A DNA stretch of 64,000 bases from an uncultured Holophagae bacterium (GCA_963754985.1 CAVWIJ010000001.1:97035-161034); one strand, 5' to 3'; positions 10,674 to 20,899 are shown, counted from the first letter of the stretch. Notes: generated by a model not told the origin, from the sequence alone. Program-made: numbers and translations.

Positions 10674-12276
10674 TCAACCAGCGGGAACCTCCGCCTTCGC
10701 TGGCAGCTGGGACATGATGTACTCCGACAGCGCGGTGATGGTCAGGCTCGGGTTGACGCCGAGGTTCACCGGCACCACCGAGCCGTCGGCCACGTACAGG
10801 TTCCGGTGGCCAAAGACCTCGCCGTTGAAGCCCACCACTCCGCGGTCGGGCGACGCCGCCATGCTGCAGCCGCCGAGGATGTGCGCCGTGGTGGGCGCAT
10901 CGAGCAGCACCTCGGACCACATGCTCTTCGGATAGCCCTTCATCTTGCGGGCCATGCGCCGGGTGACCTCGTTGCCGACCGGAATGTACGACCGCACCCG
11001 CTGCTGCCCTTCCGGGACCTCGGAGCTCACGCCCCATCCACCCAGCCGCCACCAGCGGCGCCGATACCTCAGATGGAGGTGGTTCTCGTCGGTCTGCATC
11101 ACCAGCACGCCCGAGTTTCGCGCCGCCTGGCCGGGGATCCAGATTGCGCGCAGGAACTGCAGGGGATGGCGGAGGACGTTGCCGAGAAAGCGCAGCTGGC
11201 GGGGGATCCGGCCGCCGCCGTCGGTGGCCACGGTCACCAGCCCGAACAGCACGTCGGAGCCCTTGTTGTAGCGCACAATCTCGATGTGCGTGCCGGGTGC
11301 CGGGTAGATTCCGGAGGTGATGGCGATTCCCTCGTTCCAGTCGACGCTGCGGTCGCTCGAGTCGACGCTGAGGATCGCCTCGGAGTTGGTGCGCACGCGG
11401 GAACCGAGCCGGTCGGAGAGACTCAGCAGCCAGCCCCGCTGCCGGCACTTCATCAGCAGCGGCACCGAGCCCATGACGCCGCCGCTGAACACCACGCCGC
11501 CGGCCGTAAGCCGGCCCTTGGGGTGGCGCAACCCGATCGAGCGACGGGTCATGACCTCGTAGCCGCCCCCGCTCAGCGGCCGCACGCCTGTGGCCTCGGT
11601 CTCGGGCACGATCCGCACGCCGAGACCCTCGGCGAGGTGGAGGTAGTTCTTGTCGAGGGTGTTCTTGGCGCCGACCGGGCAACCGATCATGCAGGCGCCA
11701 CAGAAGGTGCAGCCAGCGCGCTCGGGCCCGTCACCGCCGAAGTAGGGATCCGGCACCTCTGATGTCCGGCTCGCCAAAGAAGACGCCGACGTCGTTCCGG
11801 TGGAAGGTGTCCTCGCCGCGAAGCTCGACGCCGACCTCCCGCAGCACCTCGTCCGCCCGGCCGAGCTTCGGGCACGGGCTGGCGCCGAGCATCCTGCGAG
11901 CCTCGGCGTAGTGGGGCGCGAGCTTCGCCTTCCAGTCGCCCGGGCCCCACTCGGGCTTGCGGAAGACGTCGTCCGGCGGCACCAGCAGCTGGTTGGCGTA
12001 GACCAGGCTGCCGCCGCCGACGCCGCCGCCGTGCAACACCAGGACGTGCTTGAACAGCGTCAGCATCTGGATGCCGTAGAGGCCGAGCCGCGGCATCCAC
12101 AGGTACTTCCGGAGGTTCCAGTTGGTCCTCGGGAAATCGTCGCTGCGATAGCGCCGGCCCTTTTCGAGGACCACCACCCGGTAGCCCTTCTGGGCCAAAC
12201 GCAGGGCGGAGACCGAACCGCCGAAGCCGGAGCCGATCACGACGTAGTCGAAGTCCAGGGTGGTGACGTCAGTCAT
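10674..12276 (-). CDS. GMC-family (cholesterol oxidase-like) FAD oxidoreductase, one apparent frame disruption near 11758
   Basis: The N-terminus MTDVTTLDFDYVVIGSGFGGS carries the FAD Rossmann GxGxxG. The junction reads GVFFGEPDI | EVPDPYFGGDGPERAGCTFCGACMIGCPVGAKNTLDKNYL. The C-terminus contains HILGGC and NLYVADGSVVP. RBS GAGGAGG precedes ATG 12276. The gene is split in the track as 11731..12468 and 10674..11777. Confidence 0.85.
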
Positions 12277-12440
12277 CGCAGCCTCCTCTGACGCCGAGGC
12301 GCAGGCGCGGTTCCATGTTGATGAGGACCTCTGCCTGTACGATAGCACCGCCGCCAACATTCCCTCCCTGGATCTGTCAGAATCTGCGCATGCAGACAGG
12401 AACGCGACGTCGCTCGGACGGCTCCACGACGGGGCCCGGC

Positions 12441-14009
12441 ATGGACCGCGACAAGGCGATCGAGTCAATCGCAGGCTATCGCGGCTACTGGGACGTCGTC
12501 ATCATCGGCGGCGGCGCCACCGGCCTCGGCACGGCGGTCGACGCGGCCGCCCGCGGCTACCGCACGCTGCTTCTCGAGCAGAGCGACTTCGCCAAGGGCA
12601 CCTCCAGCCGCAGCACCAAGCTCGTGCACGGCGGGGTGCGCTACCTCCGCCAGGGCAACGTCTCGCTGGTGCTCGAGGCGCTCCACGAGCGCGGGTTGCT
12701 GGCCCACAACGCCAGCCACCTGGTGCGCAACCAGTCGTTCATCGTACCGATCTACGACTGGTGGGAGGGGCCGTTCTACGGCATCGGCCTCAAGGTCTAC
12801 GACAAGCTCGCGGGCAAGCTCGGCATCGCGCCCTCGGAGAGCCTGTCGCGGGCGGAGACCCTGGCGCGCATCCCCAACCTCGAACCCAACGGCCTGCGCG
12901 GCGGGGTGATCTACTACGACGGGCAGTTCGACGACTCGCGGCTGGCCATCAACCTGGCGCAGACCGCGGCCGCGCACGGCGCGACGGTGGTCAACTACAT
13001 GCGGGTGACTGGGCTGCTCAAGACGGGCGGTACCGTGGCTGGGGTCGCCGCCGAGGACCGCGAGTCCGGCACGGAGCACGAGATTCGCGCCCGGGTCGTG
13101 GTCAATGCCACCGGCGTGTTCACCGACCAGATCCTGCGGATGGACGACCCCGGCGCTCCGCCCATGCTCACGCTCAGCCAGGGGACCCACCTCGTGCTGG
13201 GGCCGGAGTTCCTGCCCGGAGACACGGCGATCATGGTGCCCCAGACCACCGACGGCCGTGTGCTGTTCGCGGTGCCGTGGCACGGCAGGGTGGTGGTCGG
13301 CACGACCGACACGCCGGTGGCCGAGCCGAGCATGGAGCCGCGGGCGTTGCCCGAGGAGGTCGACTTCATCCTCGACAATGCCGCCGCCTACATGGCCAAG
13401 GACCCGACCCGCGCCGACGTGCTGAGCGTTTTCGCCGGCCTGCGACCGCTGGTCACGGCGGACGACGAGGACGCGACCGCCAAGCTGTCCCGCGACCACT
13501 CGGTGCACGTCTCCCACTCCGGCCTCGTCACGATCACCGGCGGCAAGTGGACGACCTACCGCCGGATGGCCAAGGACGTGGTCGACCAGGCGGCCATGGT
13601 GGCCGGCCTGGTAGAGCGCCCCTGCACCACCGAGAGCCTGCGCATCCATGGCTGGCTGAAGAACGTGGATGCCGCGGATCCGCTGTACGTGTACGGCACC
13701 GAGGCGCCGGCGGTGCGCGCCCTCGCCGAGGAACGGCGCTCGCTCGGACAGCTCCTCCACGAACGGCTGCCGGTGACCGCCGCCCAGGTGGTGTGGGCCG
13801 TGCGCCGCGAGATGGCGCGCACCGTGGAGGACGTGCTCGCCCGCCGGACCCGCGCGCTGCTGCTCGACGCCCGGGCGAGCATCGAGGCCGTGCCGGCCGT
13901 GGCCCGGATCATGGACCGCGAGCTCCACCGCGGCCGCACCTGGCAGAAGGCGCAGGTCGAGGCGTACACCGCGATCGCCCAGGGCTACGTCCTCGACAGC
14001 AAGGGCTGA
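12441..14009 (+). CDS. glpD: FAD-dependent glycerol-3-phosphate dehydrogenase/oxidase
   Basis: MDRDKAIESIAGYRGYWDVVIIGGGATGLGTAVDAAARGYRTLLLEQSDFAKGTSSRSTKLVHGGVRYL is a typical GlpD N-terminus. The C-terminal part contains ITGGKWTTYR. Alternative in-frame starts lie at 12390 and 12315. Confidence 0.85.
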   Translation: MDRDKAIESIAGYRGYWDVVIIGGGATGLGTAVDAAARGYRTLLLEQSDFAKGTSSRSTKLVHGGVRYLRQGNVSLVLEALHERGLLAHNASHLVRNQSFIVPIYDWWEGPFYGIGLKVYDKLAGKLGIAPSESLSRAETLARIPNLEPNGLRGGVIYYDGQFDDSRLAINLAQTAAAHGATVVNYMRVTGLLKTGGTVAGVAAEDRESGTEHEIRARVVVNATGVFTDQILRMDDPGAPPMLTLSQGTHLVLGPEFLPGDTAIMVPQTTDGRVLFAVPWHGRVVVGTTDTPVAEPSMEPRALPEEVDFILDNAAAYMAKDPTRADVLSVFAGLRPLVTADDEDATAKLSRDHSVHVSHSGLVTITGGKWTTYRRMAKDVVDQAAMVAGLVERPCTTESLRIHGWLKNVDAADPLYVYGTEAPAVRALAEERRSLGQLLHERLPVTAAQVVWAVRREMARTVEDVLARRTRALLLDARASIEAVPAVARIMDRELHRGRTWQKAQVEAYTAIAQGYVLDSKG

Positions 14010-14079
14010 GCGAAGCCGAGCGCGAGTCCCCCGTCCCAGCTCGGAGCTCATTTCTGGCGCCCTGCCCCCGCCCATCTCC

Positions 14080-14110
14080 GTACCCGTACCCGTTCCCGTT
14101 CCCGTTCCCG
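14080..14110. repeat. hexanucleotide microsatellite (GTACCC)2(GTTCCC)3
   Basis: GTACCCGTACCCGTTCCCGTTCCCGTTCCCG, read directly from the glpD-MBL intergenic region. Confidence 0.8.
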
Positions 14111-14361
14111 GCCGAGCTGCATGTCCGTCGGGAAATCGGCGCTGAGCCTCGGTCGAGCCCAATCATATGCGGAGATCGGTGCATGGCACTGGAGAGGCAA
14201 CCGAGGGCGCTCGCTGCCGTACCTTTCAGTGACCGAGCGTCGTGATTACGCCCGCCGCAACGACCGTGGGAAGCCCCCAGCCTGCAGGTGACGGCTGTTC
14301 GTGGCGGCGGAGAAAGGGACGGAGAGTATCGTGAGAATCCGCTTCATCCTGTTGCTCGTGC

Positions 14362-15594
14362 TTGCCGCATCGATCGCCAGCCGCTGGCGCCGACGGCGGC
14401 AGCCCGGAGGTCCAGGTCAGCCGCCTCGGCGAGACCCTCTATGAGCTCACCACCGACCAGGGGTCGTACACCACGAACTCTCTGGTCTCGGTCGGCGACG
14501 ACGGCCTGCTCATCGTGGACACCCAGTCGCGCAAGGACTCCGCGGCCTTTCGGAAGGCGATCGCGTCCTTCGGCAAGGGGGACCCGAAGATCATCATCAA
14601 CACCCACCGCCACGGCGAGCACGTGGGCGGCAACGAGCTCTTCGGCGAGGGGCCGATCGTCATTGCCCACGCGCTCGTCCGCGGCAAGCTGCGCAGCGGC
14701 AGCTACCTCTTCGACGAGTTCCCGGAATCCGCGCTGCCCGACATCAGCTTCACGGACTCGCTCAGCGTGTACTTCAACGGCGAGGAGATCCGGCTCATCG
14801 CCATGCCCGGCAGCCACGACGACAACGAGATCATCGTCCATTTCACAAAGTCAAAGGTCGTCCACCTGAGCTCGATCGCCAACGGCTTCAACTTCCCGTC
14901 GGTCGACGCGGACGGCGACGTGCTGCGCTTCGAGGAGCTCGTCGGCAGGGCGATCGAGCTGCTGCCCGCCGACGTGGCGATCGTGTCGGGCCACAACCGC
15001 AACGGCACGATCGAGGACCTGCGGGCCTACCGCGAGATGCTTGCCGCCACCACCGGCATCGTGCGCGCCGGCCTGGCCGCCGGCAAGGACGCCGACACCA
15101 TGAAGGCGGAGAAGGTGCTCGAGGCGTGGTCCTCCTACGCCGGCAGCTACGTCAGCACCGACGAGTGGATCGACAGCCTGATTGCCGGCCTCCAGGGCCA
15201 GGAGCCGAGGCGGCGGAAGATCTTCGACCCCCTCTACGAGGCCTACTCCAAAGGCGGCGCGGACGCGGCCATTGCCCTCTACCGGACTCTGCGGCGGGAG
15301 AAGCCGGACGAGTTCGGTTTCGAGGACACCGATCTGCTGGCGATCGGCGACAAGCTGCTCGCCCGCGAGCTGTTCGAGCCGGCCCTCCGCTTTCTCGAGG
15401 CCAGCCTCGCCGAGTACCCGGACTCAGCGTACGCCTACTATGCCAACTACGAGCTCGCAGTCGCCCACGACCGGCTCGGCCACCACGAGGAGGCGATCCG
15501 CTACTGCCGGACGGCCGCCGAGCAGAACCCGGACAGCGCCCGGATCGGCGCCTTTCTCGAGGAGCTTACGGGCCGGCCGTCACCCACGAGCTGA
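14362..15594 (+). CDS. MBL-fold metallo-hydrolase with C-terminal TPR region
   Basis: The motif NTHRHGEHVGGN is an HxHxDH-type variant. The C-terminal part is TPR-like (DSAYAYYANYELAVAHDRLGHHEEAIRYCRTAAEQNPD). A good signal peptide (GTG 14331: MRIRFILLLVLAASIAS, RBS GGAGAG) lies upstream in another frame. This suggests the true start is 14331, with a +1 disruption near 14378. Confidence 0.8.
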   Translation: MPHRSPAAGADGGSPEVQVSRLGETLYELTTDQGSYTTNSLVSVGDDGLLIVDTQSRKDSAAFRKAIASFGKGDPKIIINTHRHGEHVGGNELFGEGPIVIAHALVRGKLRSGSYLFDEFPESALPDISFTDSLSVYFNGEEIRLIAMPGSHDDNEIIVHFTKSKVVHLSSIANGFNFPSVDADGDVLRFEELVGRAIELLPADVAIVSGHNRNGTIEDLRAYREMLAATTGIVRAGLAAGKDADTMKAEKVLEAWSSYAGSYVSTDEWIDSLIAGLQGQEPRRRKIFDPLYEAYSKGGADAAIALYRTLRREKPDEFGFEDTDLLAIGDKLLARELFEPALRFLEASLAEYPDSAYAYYANYELAVAHDRLGHHEEAIRYCRTAAEQNPDSARIGAFLEELTGRPSPTS

Positions 15595-15640
15595 GCGATC
15601 GCGAACCCCTCACCCCGGGGAGAAACTGGGAGAAGACCGC

Positions 15641-17110
15641 TCAGACTTCGCTGCCGAAGCGGCTGTGGTGCCGCGCGTACAACACGTAGACCACCATCCC
15701 GAGCACCAGCCACACCCCGAAGCGGATCCAGGTCGCCGTCGGCAGGTTGGCCATCAGGTAGATGCAGACTGCAATCCCGGCCAGCGGGACGAATGGGACC
15801 AGCGGCGTCCGGAACGGCCGCTTCCGCTCCGGCTCGCGCACCCGCAGCACGATGACCCCGATGCACACCAGCACGAACGCGAACAGCGTGCCGATGTTGG
15901 TGAGCTCGACGAACACGTCGAGGTTGGCGAAGGCGGACAGCGCGCCGACCACCACGCCGAACCAGATGGTGGTGACGTGCGGCGTGCGGTAGCGCGGGTG
16001 GACCTTGGCGAACGAGGGCGGCAGCAGGCCGTCGCGCGCCATCGAGAAGAAGATCCGGGTCTGGCCGTACTGGAAGACCAGCAGCACGGCGGTGGTGGCA
16101 ATCACCGCGCCGACCGCCACCAGCCCCGCCGCCCAGCCCATGCCGAGCACCGAGAACGCGCGCGCCAGGGGCTCCGCTGAACCCGCAATGTCGGACAGCG
16201 GGACCATGCCGGTCAGCACGAGCGCGGTCGCCACATACAGCACCGTGCACAGCGCCAGCGAACCAATCATGCCGATCGGCATGTCGCGCTGCGGGTTGCG
16301 GCACTCCTCGGCGGCCGTCGACACCGCGTCGAATCCGATGTAGGCGAAGAAGATGATCGCCGCGCCGGCGCCGATGCCCGCCCAACCGTTGGGCGCGAAA
16401 GGATGCCAGTTCTCGGGCCGGACAAACAACGCCCCGGCAACGATGAAGAAGAGCAGGATCGCGACCTTGACCACGACCATGACCGAGTTGATGCGGGCCG
16501 ACTCCTTGACGCCGAGCACCAGCAGCCAGGTCAACAGCGCCACGATCGCGACTGCCGGCAGGTTGAAGATCACCGGCACGCCGAAGACTCGCGGCGCGGC
16601 GGCCATGATCTCCGGCGAGCGTAGCGCGGCTGCGAGGTCGGTGCGCAGCCACCCGGGCACGTCGAGCCCGAGCCCGCGCAACAGCTCGCAGAAGTAGCCC
16701 GACCACGACACGGCGACCGCCACGTTGCCCATCGCGTACTCGATGATCAGGTCCCAGCCGATGATCCACGCCACCAGCTCGCCGAGGGTCGCCGCCGAGT
16801 AGGTGTAGGCGCTGCCCGAGATCGGCACCATGGCCGCGAACTCCGCGTAGCACAGCGCGCACAGGCCGCAGCCGAACGCGGTGATCATCATCGATACCAC
16901 CAACGCCGGCCCCGCTCCCTGGTGGTGGGCGCCGCCCGCCGCCGCGGTTCCGATCGAGGCGAAGATTCCGGCGCCGATCACCGCACCGACCCCGAGCGCG
17001 ATCAGCTCGAAGGGGCCGAGCACCCGGCGCAGCTGCCGCTCGCCGTCGGCGCCGGCCTCGGCGAGCATCAGGTCGAGCGACTTGCGGCGCAGCAGATTCC
17101 GGAACGACAT
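15641..17110 (-). CDS. APC-family amino acid permease (cationic amino acid transporter-like)
   Basis: The 490-aa multi-TM protein starts MSFRNLLRRKSLDLML...FELIALGVGAVIGAGIF and contains AYIGFDAVSTAAEE. The track ORF 15641..17728 over-extends upstream, antisense into the OYE gene. Confidence 0.9.
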   Translation of the reverse strand: MSFRNLLRRKSLDLMLAEAGADGERQLRRVLGPFELIALGVGAVIGAGIFASIGTAAAGGAHHQGAGPALVVSMMITAFGCGLCALCYAEFAAMVPISGSAYTYSAATLGELVAWIIGWDLIIEYAMGNVAVAVSWSGYFCELLRGLGLDVPGWLRTDLAAALRSPEIMAAAPRVFGVPVIFNLPAVAIVALLTWLLVLGVKESARINSVMVVVKVAILLFFIVAGALFVRPENWHPFAPNGWAGIGAGAAIIFFAYIGFDAVSTAAEECRNPQRDMPIGMIGSLALCTVLYVATALVLTGMVPLSDIAGSAEPLARAFSVLGMGWAAGLVAVGAVIATTAVLLVFQYGQTRIFFSMARDGLLPPSFAKVHPRYRTPHVTTIWFGVVVGALSAFANLDVFVELTNIGTLFAFVLVCIGVIVLRVREPERKRPFRTPLVPFVPLAGIAVCIYLMANLPTATWIRFGVWLVLGMVVYVLYARHHSRFGSEV

Positions 17111-17221
17111 GCTCGCCGAGGATACCAGACGACCGGGCGATCTCGACCACGTCGAATCGTATCGCGCGATCGGCAAGCCTGGTCTATCCTGACCGCAGGG
17201 CATGGGGAAGGAGCTCGGCGC

Positions 17222-18319
17222 ATGAGGCAGGTCTTCGAAGCCACCACCATCAACGGCCTGCGGCTCGCCAACCGGCTCGTCCGGTCGGCCACCTGGGAGG
17301 GTCTCGGCGACGCCGACGGGCGCGTCAACGAGGGCGTGATTGAGATCTACCGCCGGCTCGCCGAGGGCGGCGTCGGGCTGATCATCACGGGCTACCTCGC
17401 GGTGCGGTCGGACGGCCGCCAGCACACGACCCAGCTCAGCGTTGACCGCGACGAGCTTGTCCCGGGCCTCGCCGAGCTCGCGGCCGTGGTCCACAAACAC
17501 GGCGGCACGGTGGTCGGCCAGATCGTCCACTGCGGCGGCCAGGCTGTCCGCACAGCCAGCGGCGGCCAGGACCCCGTGGCCCCGAGCGCGGTGGCCAGCC
17601 CCGGCTACCCCGAGCTCCCGCGCGAGCTGTCGCTCGCCGGCATCCGCGAGCTCGTGGCCTGCTTCGCGGCGGCGGCCGGCCGCCTCCGCAACGCCGGCTT
17701 CGACGGGGTCCAGCTCCATGGCGCTCACGGCTATCTGCTGGCGCAGTTCCTGTCACCGTCGCGCAACCAGCGCACCGACGACTACGGCGGCAGTCTCGAC
17801 AACCGCTCTCGCTTCACCCTCGAGGTGCTGGCGGCGGTGCGCGCCGAGGTGGGCGCCGACTGGCCGGTGATGATCAAGCTCAACGCCCACGACTTCCTCG
17901 AAGGGTCGACCACCGAGCGCGACTCCTCCCACCTCGCCGCCGCCCTCGCCGAGGGCAGCATCGACGCCATCGAGGTCTCCGGCGGCACCGGTGGCTCGGG
18001 AAAGCTCGGCGCGGCTCGCCGCCACATCGAGACCGCCGAGGACGAGGCCTACTTCCTTCCCCAGGCCCGCGCGATCCGGGCGGCGGCCCCGGGCGTACCC
18101 CTGATGCTGGTCGGCGGCATGCGCTCGCTCGAGACGATCGAGGCCGTGCTCGCCTCGGGCGTCGCCGACTACATCGCCCTGGCGCGACCGCTGATCCGCG
18201 AGCCGGACCTGCCGGCGCGCTGGGCCTCCGGCGACCGCCGCCGCGCCGCCTGCGTGTCGTGCAGCGGGTGCTTTGCTCCGGCCGCCCGAGGCGAGGGCAT
18301 TCGCTGCGTCAACATCTAG
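17222..18319 (+). CDS. NADH:flavin oxidoreductase (Old Yellow Enzyme family)
   Basis: MRQVFEATTINGLRLANRLVRSATWEG followed by HGAHGYLLAQFLSPSRNQRTDDYGGSLDNRSRF, the OYE signature. The track ORF start at 16922 is an over-extension. Confidence 0.9.
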   Translation: MRQVFEATTINGLRLANRLVRSATWEGLGDADGRVNEGVIEIYRRLAEGGVGLIITGYLAVRSDGRQHTTQLSVDRDELVPGLAELAAVVHKHGGTVVGQIVHCGGQAVRTASGGQDPVAPSAVASPGYPELPRELSLAGIRELVACFAAAAGRLRNAGFDGVQLHGAHGYLLAQFLSPSRNQRTDDYGGSLDNRSRFTLEVLAAVRAEVGADWPVMIKLNAHDFLEGSTTERDSSHLAAALAEGSIDAIEVSGGTGGSGKLGAARRHIETAEDEAYFLPQARAIRAAAPGVPLMLVGGMRSLETIEAVLASGVADYIALARPLIREPDLPARWASGDRRRAACVSCSGCFAPAARGEGIRCVNI

Positions 18320-18327
18320 GAGCTTCG

Positions 18328-18416
18328 GGGCATAGGCCCCTCGGATGCGTTCCTGACGTGGTCATTGTTGTTGGCCTCTGCCCACGACGCTCCTCGGGAT
18401 GCGCTGCGCGCATCCT
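18328..18416 (+). repeat. intergenic repeat family, copy B (89 bp)
   Basis: GGGCATAGGCCCCTCGG...GGCCTCTGCCCACGACGCTCCTCGGGATGCGCTGCGCGCATCCT. Both termini match copy A, and it lies directly after the OYE stop. Confidence 0.7.
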
Positions 18417-18553
18417 AGATCGATGGGTTAGTGGCAATGACCGTCTGACAACGCTTCGGTGGACCACGCCCGCAGACAGGCCAATGCGGTACGAACTCCT
18501 GGAGCTCAGGCCACCGGAGGCGGCGGCTCTTCAAAGCACCTCGAGCCCAGATG

Positions 18554-18591
18554 AAAAGGCGGCCGCGGGAATCCGGGTCCCTGCGGCCGCC
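18554..18591 (-). terminator. putative rho-independent terminator of the 18633..19658 gene
   Basis: The reverse strand reads GGCGGCCGCAGGGACCCGGATTCCCGCGGCCGCC followed by TTTTC: a GC-rich imperfect hairpin plus a T-run about 40 nt after the stop. Confidence 0.55.
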
Positions 18592-18632
18592 GCTGCGTGC
18601 TGTGATGCCGGGTCGTTGCCCGGCGACCCGAC

Positions 18633-19658
18633 TCAGCGCGGGTCGAGCGCGAAGTCCTGCACCGTGGTCTCGTCGGCCACGATCACGACCTCGGCCATGG
18701 CCGGATCAAAGCCCCAGGCAAAGACGCGCACCGTCCAGGTGCCGGCCGGAATCTGGTCGAAGTGATAGAAGCCGTCCTCATCCGTGACGGCGACGTTCCA
18801 GCCGCCCCCCATCCCCTTCTCCACCGACTCGCCCGGCGCCGGACCGTCGAACCCGAATCGGCAGGCGACGACGATCGCCCCCTCGATAGCGGCACCAGTG
18901 CCGGCATCGCTCACGGTTCCCTGCAGGCTGCCGAAGGTCAGCGGCGCGAGCGCGAAGTCGACCTGTGACAACGCGCCCTCGACGACGGTTACCGGGCCCG
19001 ACTCTGAAGGAAGGTAGCCGAAGCTCATGGCCCGCGCGTTGTAGTCGCCCACCGGCACGTTCTCGATCAGGTAGCTGCCGTCGGCCCCGGTGACCGCGTG
19101 CAGCCACATGCCCCCGCCGCCGTCCGCCCCCCTCGTGCCCTTGAGCTCAGGAACCTGAGCCGGGCGCAGCATCACGTGCGCTCCCTGAATCGGAAGCTGG
19201 CTCACCGCATCGATGACCGTGCCGCCGACCGATCCGAACGACATTGGCTCGAGCGCGAAGTCCTGGACGGTGGTTCCGCCATCGGTGATGGTCACGTCGG
19301 CGCTGGCCATGACGTAGCCGGGCTTGCCGCAGGCGACGCGGTAGTCGCCGGCCGGCAGATCGCCGAACACGTAGGCGCCGGCTGCATCAGTGAACGCGTA
19401 TCGTGGCGGGTGGTGCCCGCCGCCGCCCGGCGGATGACCTCCTCCGTGGCCCTCTCCTCCGCCCGGACCGCCCATCGCACCACGCGCCACCACGAGCGCA
19501 TGGTCTATTGGGATTCCGGTGCCGGCATCGGTGACCGTGCCCTGCAGGATCCCGGTCTGGGCCATCGCGTTGCCCGCGAGCAGGCCGAGTGCGAGAGCCG
19601 CCGCCATGACGATGAACATCCGTCCCTTCATCACGCGTTGCGTCTGCCGAGTGAACAT
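18633..19658 (-). CDS. secreted protein with three carboxypeptidase-regulatory-like (CarboxypepD_reg) repeats
   Basis: Starts MFTRQTQRVMKGRMFIVMAAALALGLLAGNAMA (signal peptide), with RBS GGGAGGGG 5 nt upstream. Three repeats of the type G(I/S)LQGTVTDAGTGxxIxxAxVV...DGxYxFxxxPxGxY are present. Confidence 0.8.
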   Translation of the reverse strand: MFTRQTQRVMKGRMFIVMAAALALGLLAGNAMAQTGILQGTVTDAGTGIPIDHALVVARGAMGGPGGGEGHGGGHPPGGGGHHPPRYAFTDAAGAYVFGDLPAGDYRVACGKPGYVMASADVTITDGGTTVQDFALEPMSFGSVGGTVIDAVSQLPIQGAHVMLRPAQVPELKGTRGADGGGGMWLHAVTGADGSYLIENVPVGDYNARAMSFGYLPSESGPVTVVEGALSQVDFALAPLTFGSLQGTVSDAGTGAAIEGAIVVACRFGFDGPAPGESVEKGMGGGWNVAVTDEDGFYHFDQIPAGTWTVRVFAWGFDPAMAEVVIVADETTVQDFALDPR

Positions 19659-19914
19659 TGAACCCCTCCCTCGTGCGGTCGGCCGGACAGGCCCCGCACG
19701 CTTCTTATACCACTCCAGCGGACAGCCTTCGCCAACCGGTCGAGGACCGGGTGACGACGAGCACACCTGGCGGGTCTGGGGAACGGCGGCAAAACGCGAA
19801 CCGGTCGCAGATCGAAGGGCGAGGAGCCCGCGCTTGGTGCCGCCATGCACCATACTGTCCGCGCCCGCCGTGCGCCAGGTGCGCGCGAATGCGGACCTTC
19901 GAGGAGGGATTGCT

Positions 19915-20301
19915 GTGGCCACACACTTCTGGTGCATCGTCGCGGCCTGGGCCGTGGTCTATCTCACCAAGCTGCCGATCGCAGCCGCCATGAACCGGGC
20001 AGGGGGCTATGACAACCGTCACCCGCGGGCCCAACAGGCGAAGCTGACCGGCTGGGGGGCGCGGGCGCTGGCAGCCCATCTGAACGGATTCGAGACCTTC
20101 GCCCCGTTTGCCGCTGCGGTGCTCGTGGCCCACGTCGCCGGCGCGCCGGCCGGCCTCGTAACTGGGCTCGCGCTGCTGTTCGTGGTGTCGCGAGTGGCGT
20201 ACGTGGCCTGCTACATCGCGGACCTGTCCTCGCTGCGCTCCGCGGTGTGGGGCGTCGGATTCCTCGCGACCTTGGGCCTGTTCCTCGCGCCCCTGGTCTG
20301 A
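19915..20301 (+). CDS. MAPEG-family membrane protein
   Basis: 128 aa starting at GTG 19915 (RBS GGAGGG): VATHFWCIVAAWAVVYLTKLPIAAAMNRAGGYDNRHPRAQQAKLTGWGARALAAHLNGFE..RVAYVACY. This is a typical small MAPEG protein. Upstream of that point the track ORF 19519.. is non-coding. Confidence 0.75.
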   Translation: MATHFWCIVAAWAVVYLTKLPIAAAMNRAGGYDNRHPRAQQAKLTGWGARALAAHLNGFETFAPFAAAVLVAHVAGAPAGLVTGLALLFVVSRVAYVACYIADLSSLRSAVWGVGFLATLGLFLAPLV

Positions 20302-20305
20302 ACGG

Positions 20306-20348
20306 GCAGGCTGGAAGCCCGCGCGACAAGCAGGCTGGAAGCCTGCGC
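20306..20348. repeat. 19-nt direct repeat pair, each a short hairpin, between convergent genes (possible bidirectional terminator)
   Basis: GCAGGCTGGAAGCCCGCGC at 20306-20324 and GCAGGCTGGAAGCCTGCGC at 20330-20348, with one mismatch. The second copy contains GCAGGC-TGGAA-GCCTGC. Confidence 0.5.
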
Positions 20349-20353
20349 TACAA

Positions 20354-20899
20354 CTACTCGGCGGCGGGCGGAGGCACCGGCTCCGGGACCTCGTTGACGA
20401 TCGGCGGCACGGTCATGAAAAACGCGAACATCGCCTTGAGGTCCTCGACGGTGACCATTGGATAGTGCGGCATCGGGGGCAGGATGTCGCGGCCCATGCC
20501 GAGGTGCTTGCCGGTGCGCAGAGCTGCAACGAACATCTCCTCGTCCCAGGCTCCGAGACCAGTCTCCTTGTCGGAGGTCAGGTTGGCCGCGTAGCTGATG
20601 CCCCACGGCCCGGCCCACGCAGTCATGCCCCCGGTGACGGCATTCCAGGGCCCGGGCGGCAGCGCGGGCGGCGGAGGCAGCTCGACGTCACTCGGGTGCC
20701 CCGAGTACATCCGCTCCAGATCAGGCTCGGGGCCCTTGGGACCCATTCTCAGCGGCGTGTGGCAGTGGGCACACCCGACGGTCTCGACCAGGTACTTGCC
20801 ACGTTCTGCGGCCGTGAGCTCCTCGCCGGCTGCAGCGGTCATCGCTCCAGCCACCACCAGAGCGAACGCGACAAACCACGAACCAGATCCACGACTCAT
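20354..20899 (-). CDS. c-type cytochrome (single CxxCH), secreted
   Basis: Signal peptide MSRGSGSWFVAFALVVAGAMTAAAG; heme motif GCAHCHTP; a distal PPMPHYP region that may supply the Met ligand. Confidence 0.85.
   Translation of the reverse strand: MSRGSGSWFVAFALVVAGAMTAAAGEELTAAERGKYLVETVGCAHCHTPLRMGPKGPEPDLERMYSGHPSDVELPPPPALPPGPWNAVTGGMTAWAGPWGISYAANLTSDKETGLGAWDEEMFVAALRTGKHLGMGRDILPPMPHYPMVTVEDLKAMFAFFMTVPPIVNEVPEPVPPPAAE

Noticed and set aside
15641-17728. 695-aa reading of the permease ORF, and 16922 as the start of the OYE gene
   Set aside because: The N-terminal extensions of both ORFs overlap each other antisense. The family-typical N-termini begin at 17110 (MSFRNLL, permease) and 17222 (MRQVFEATT, OYE).
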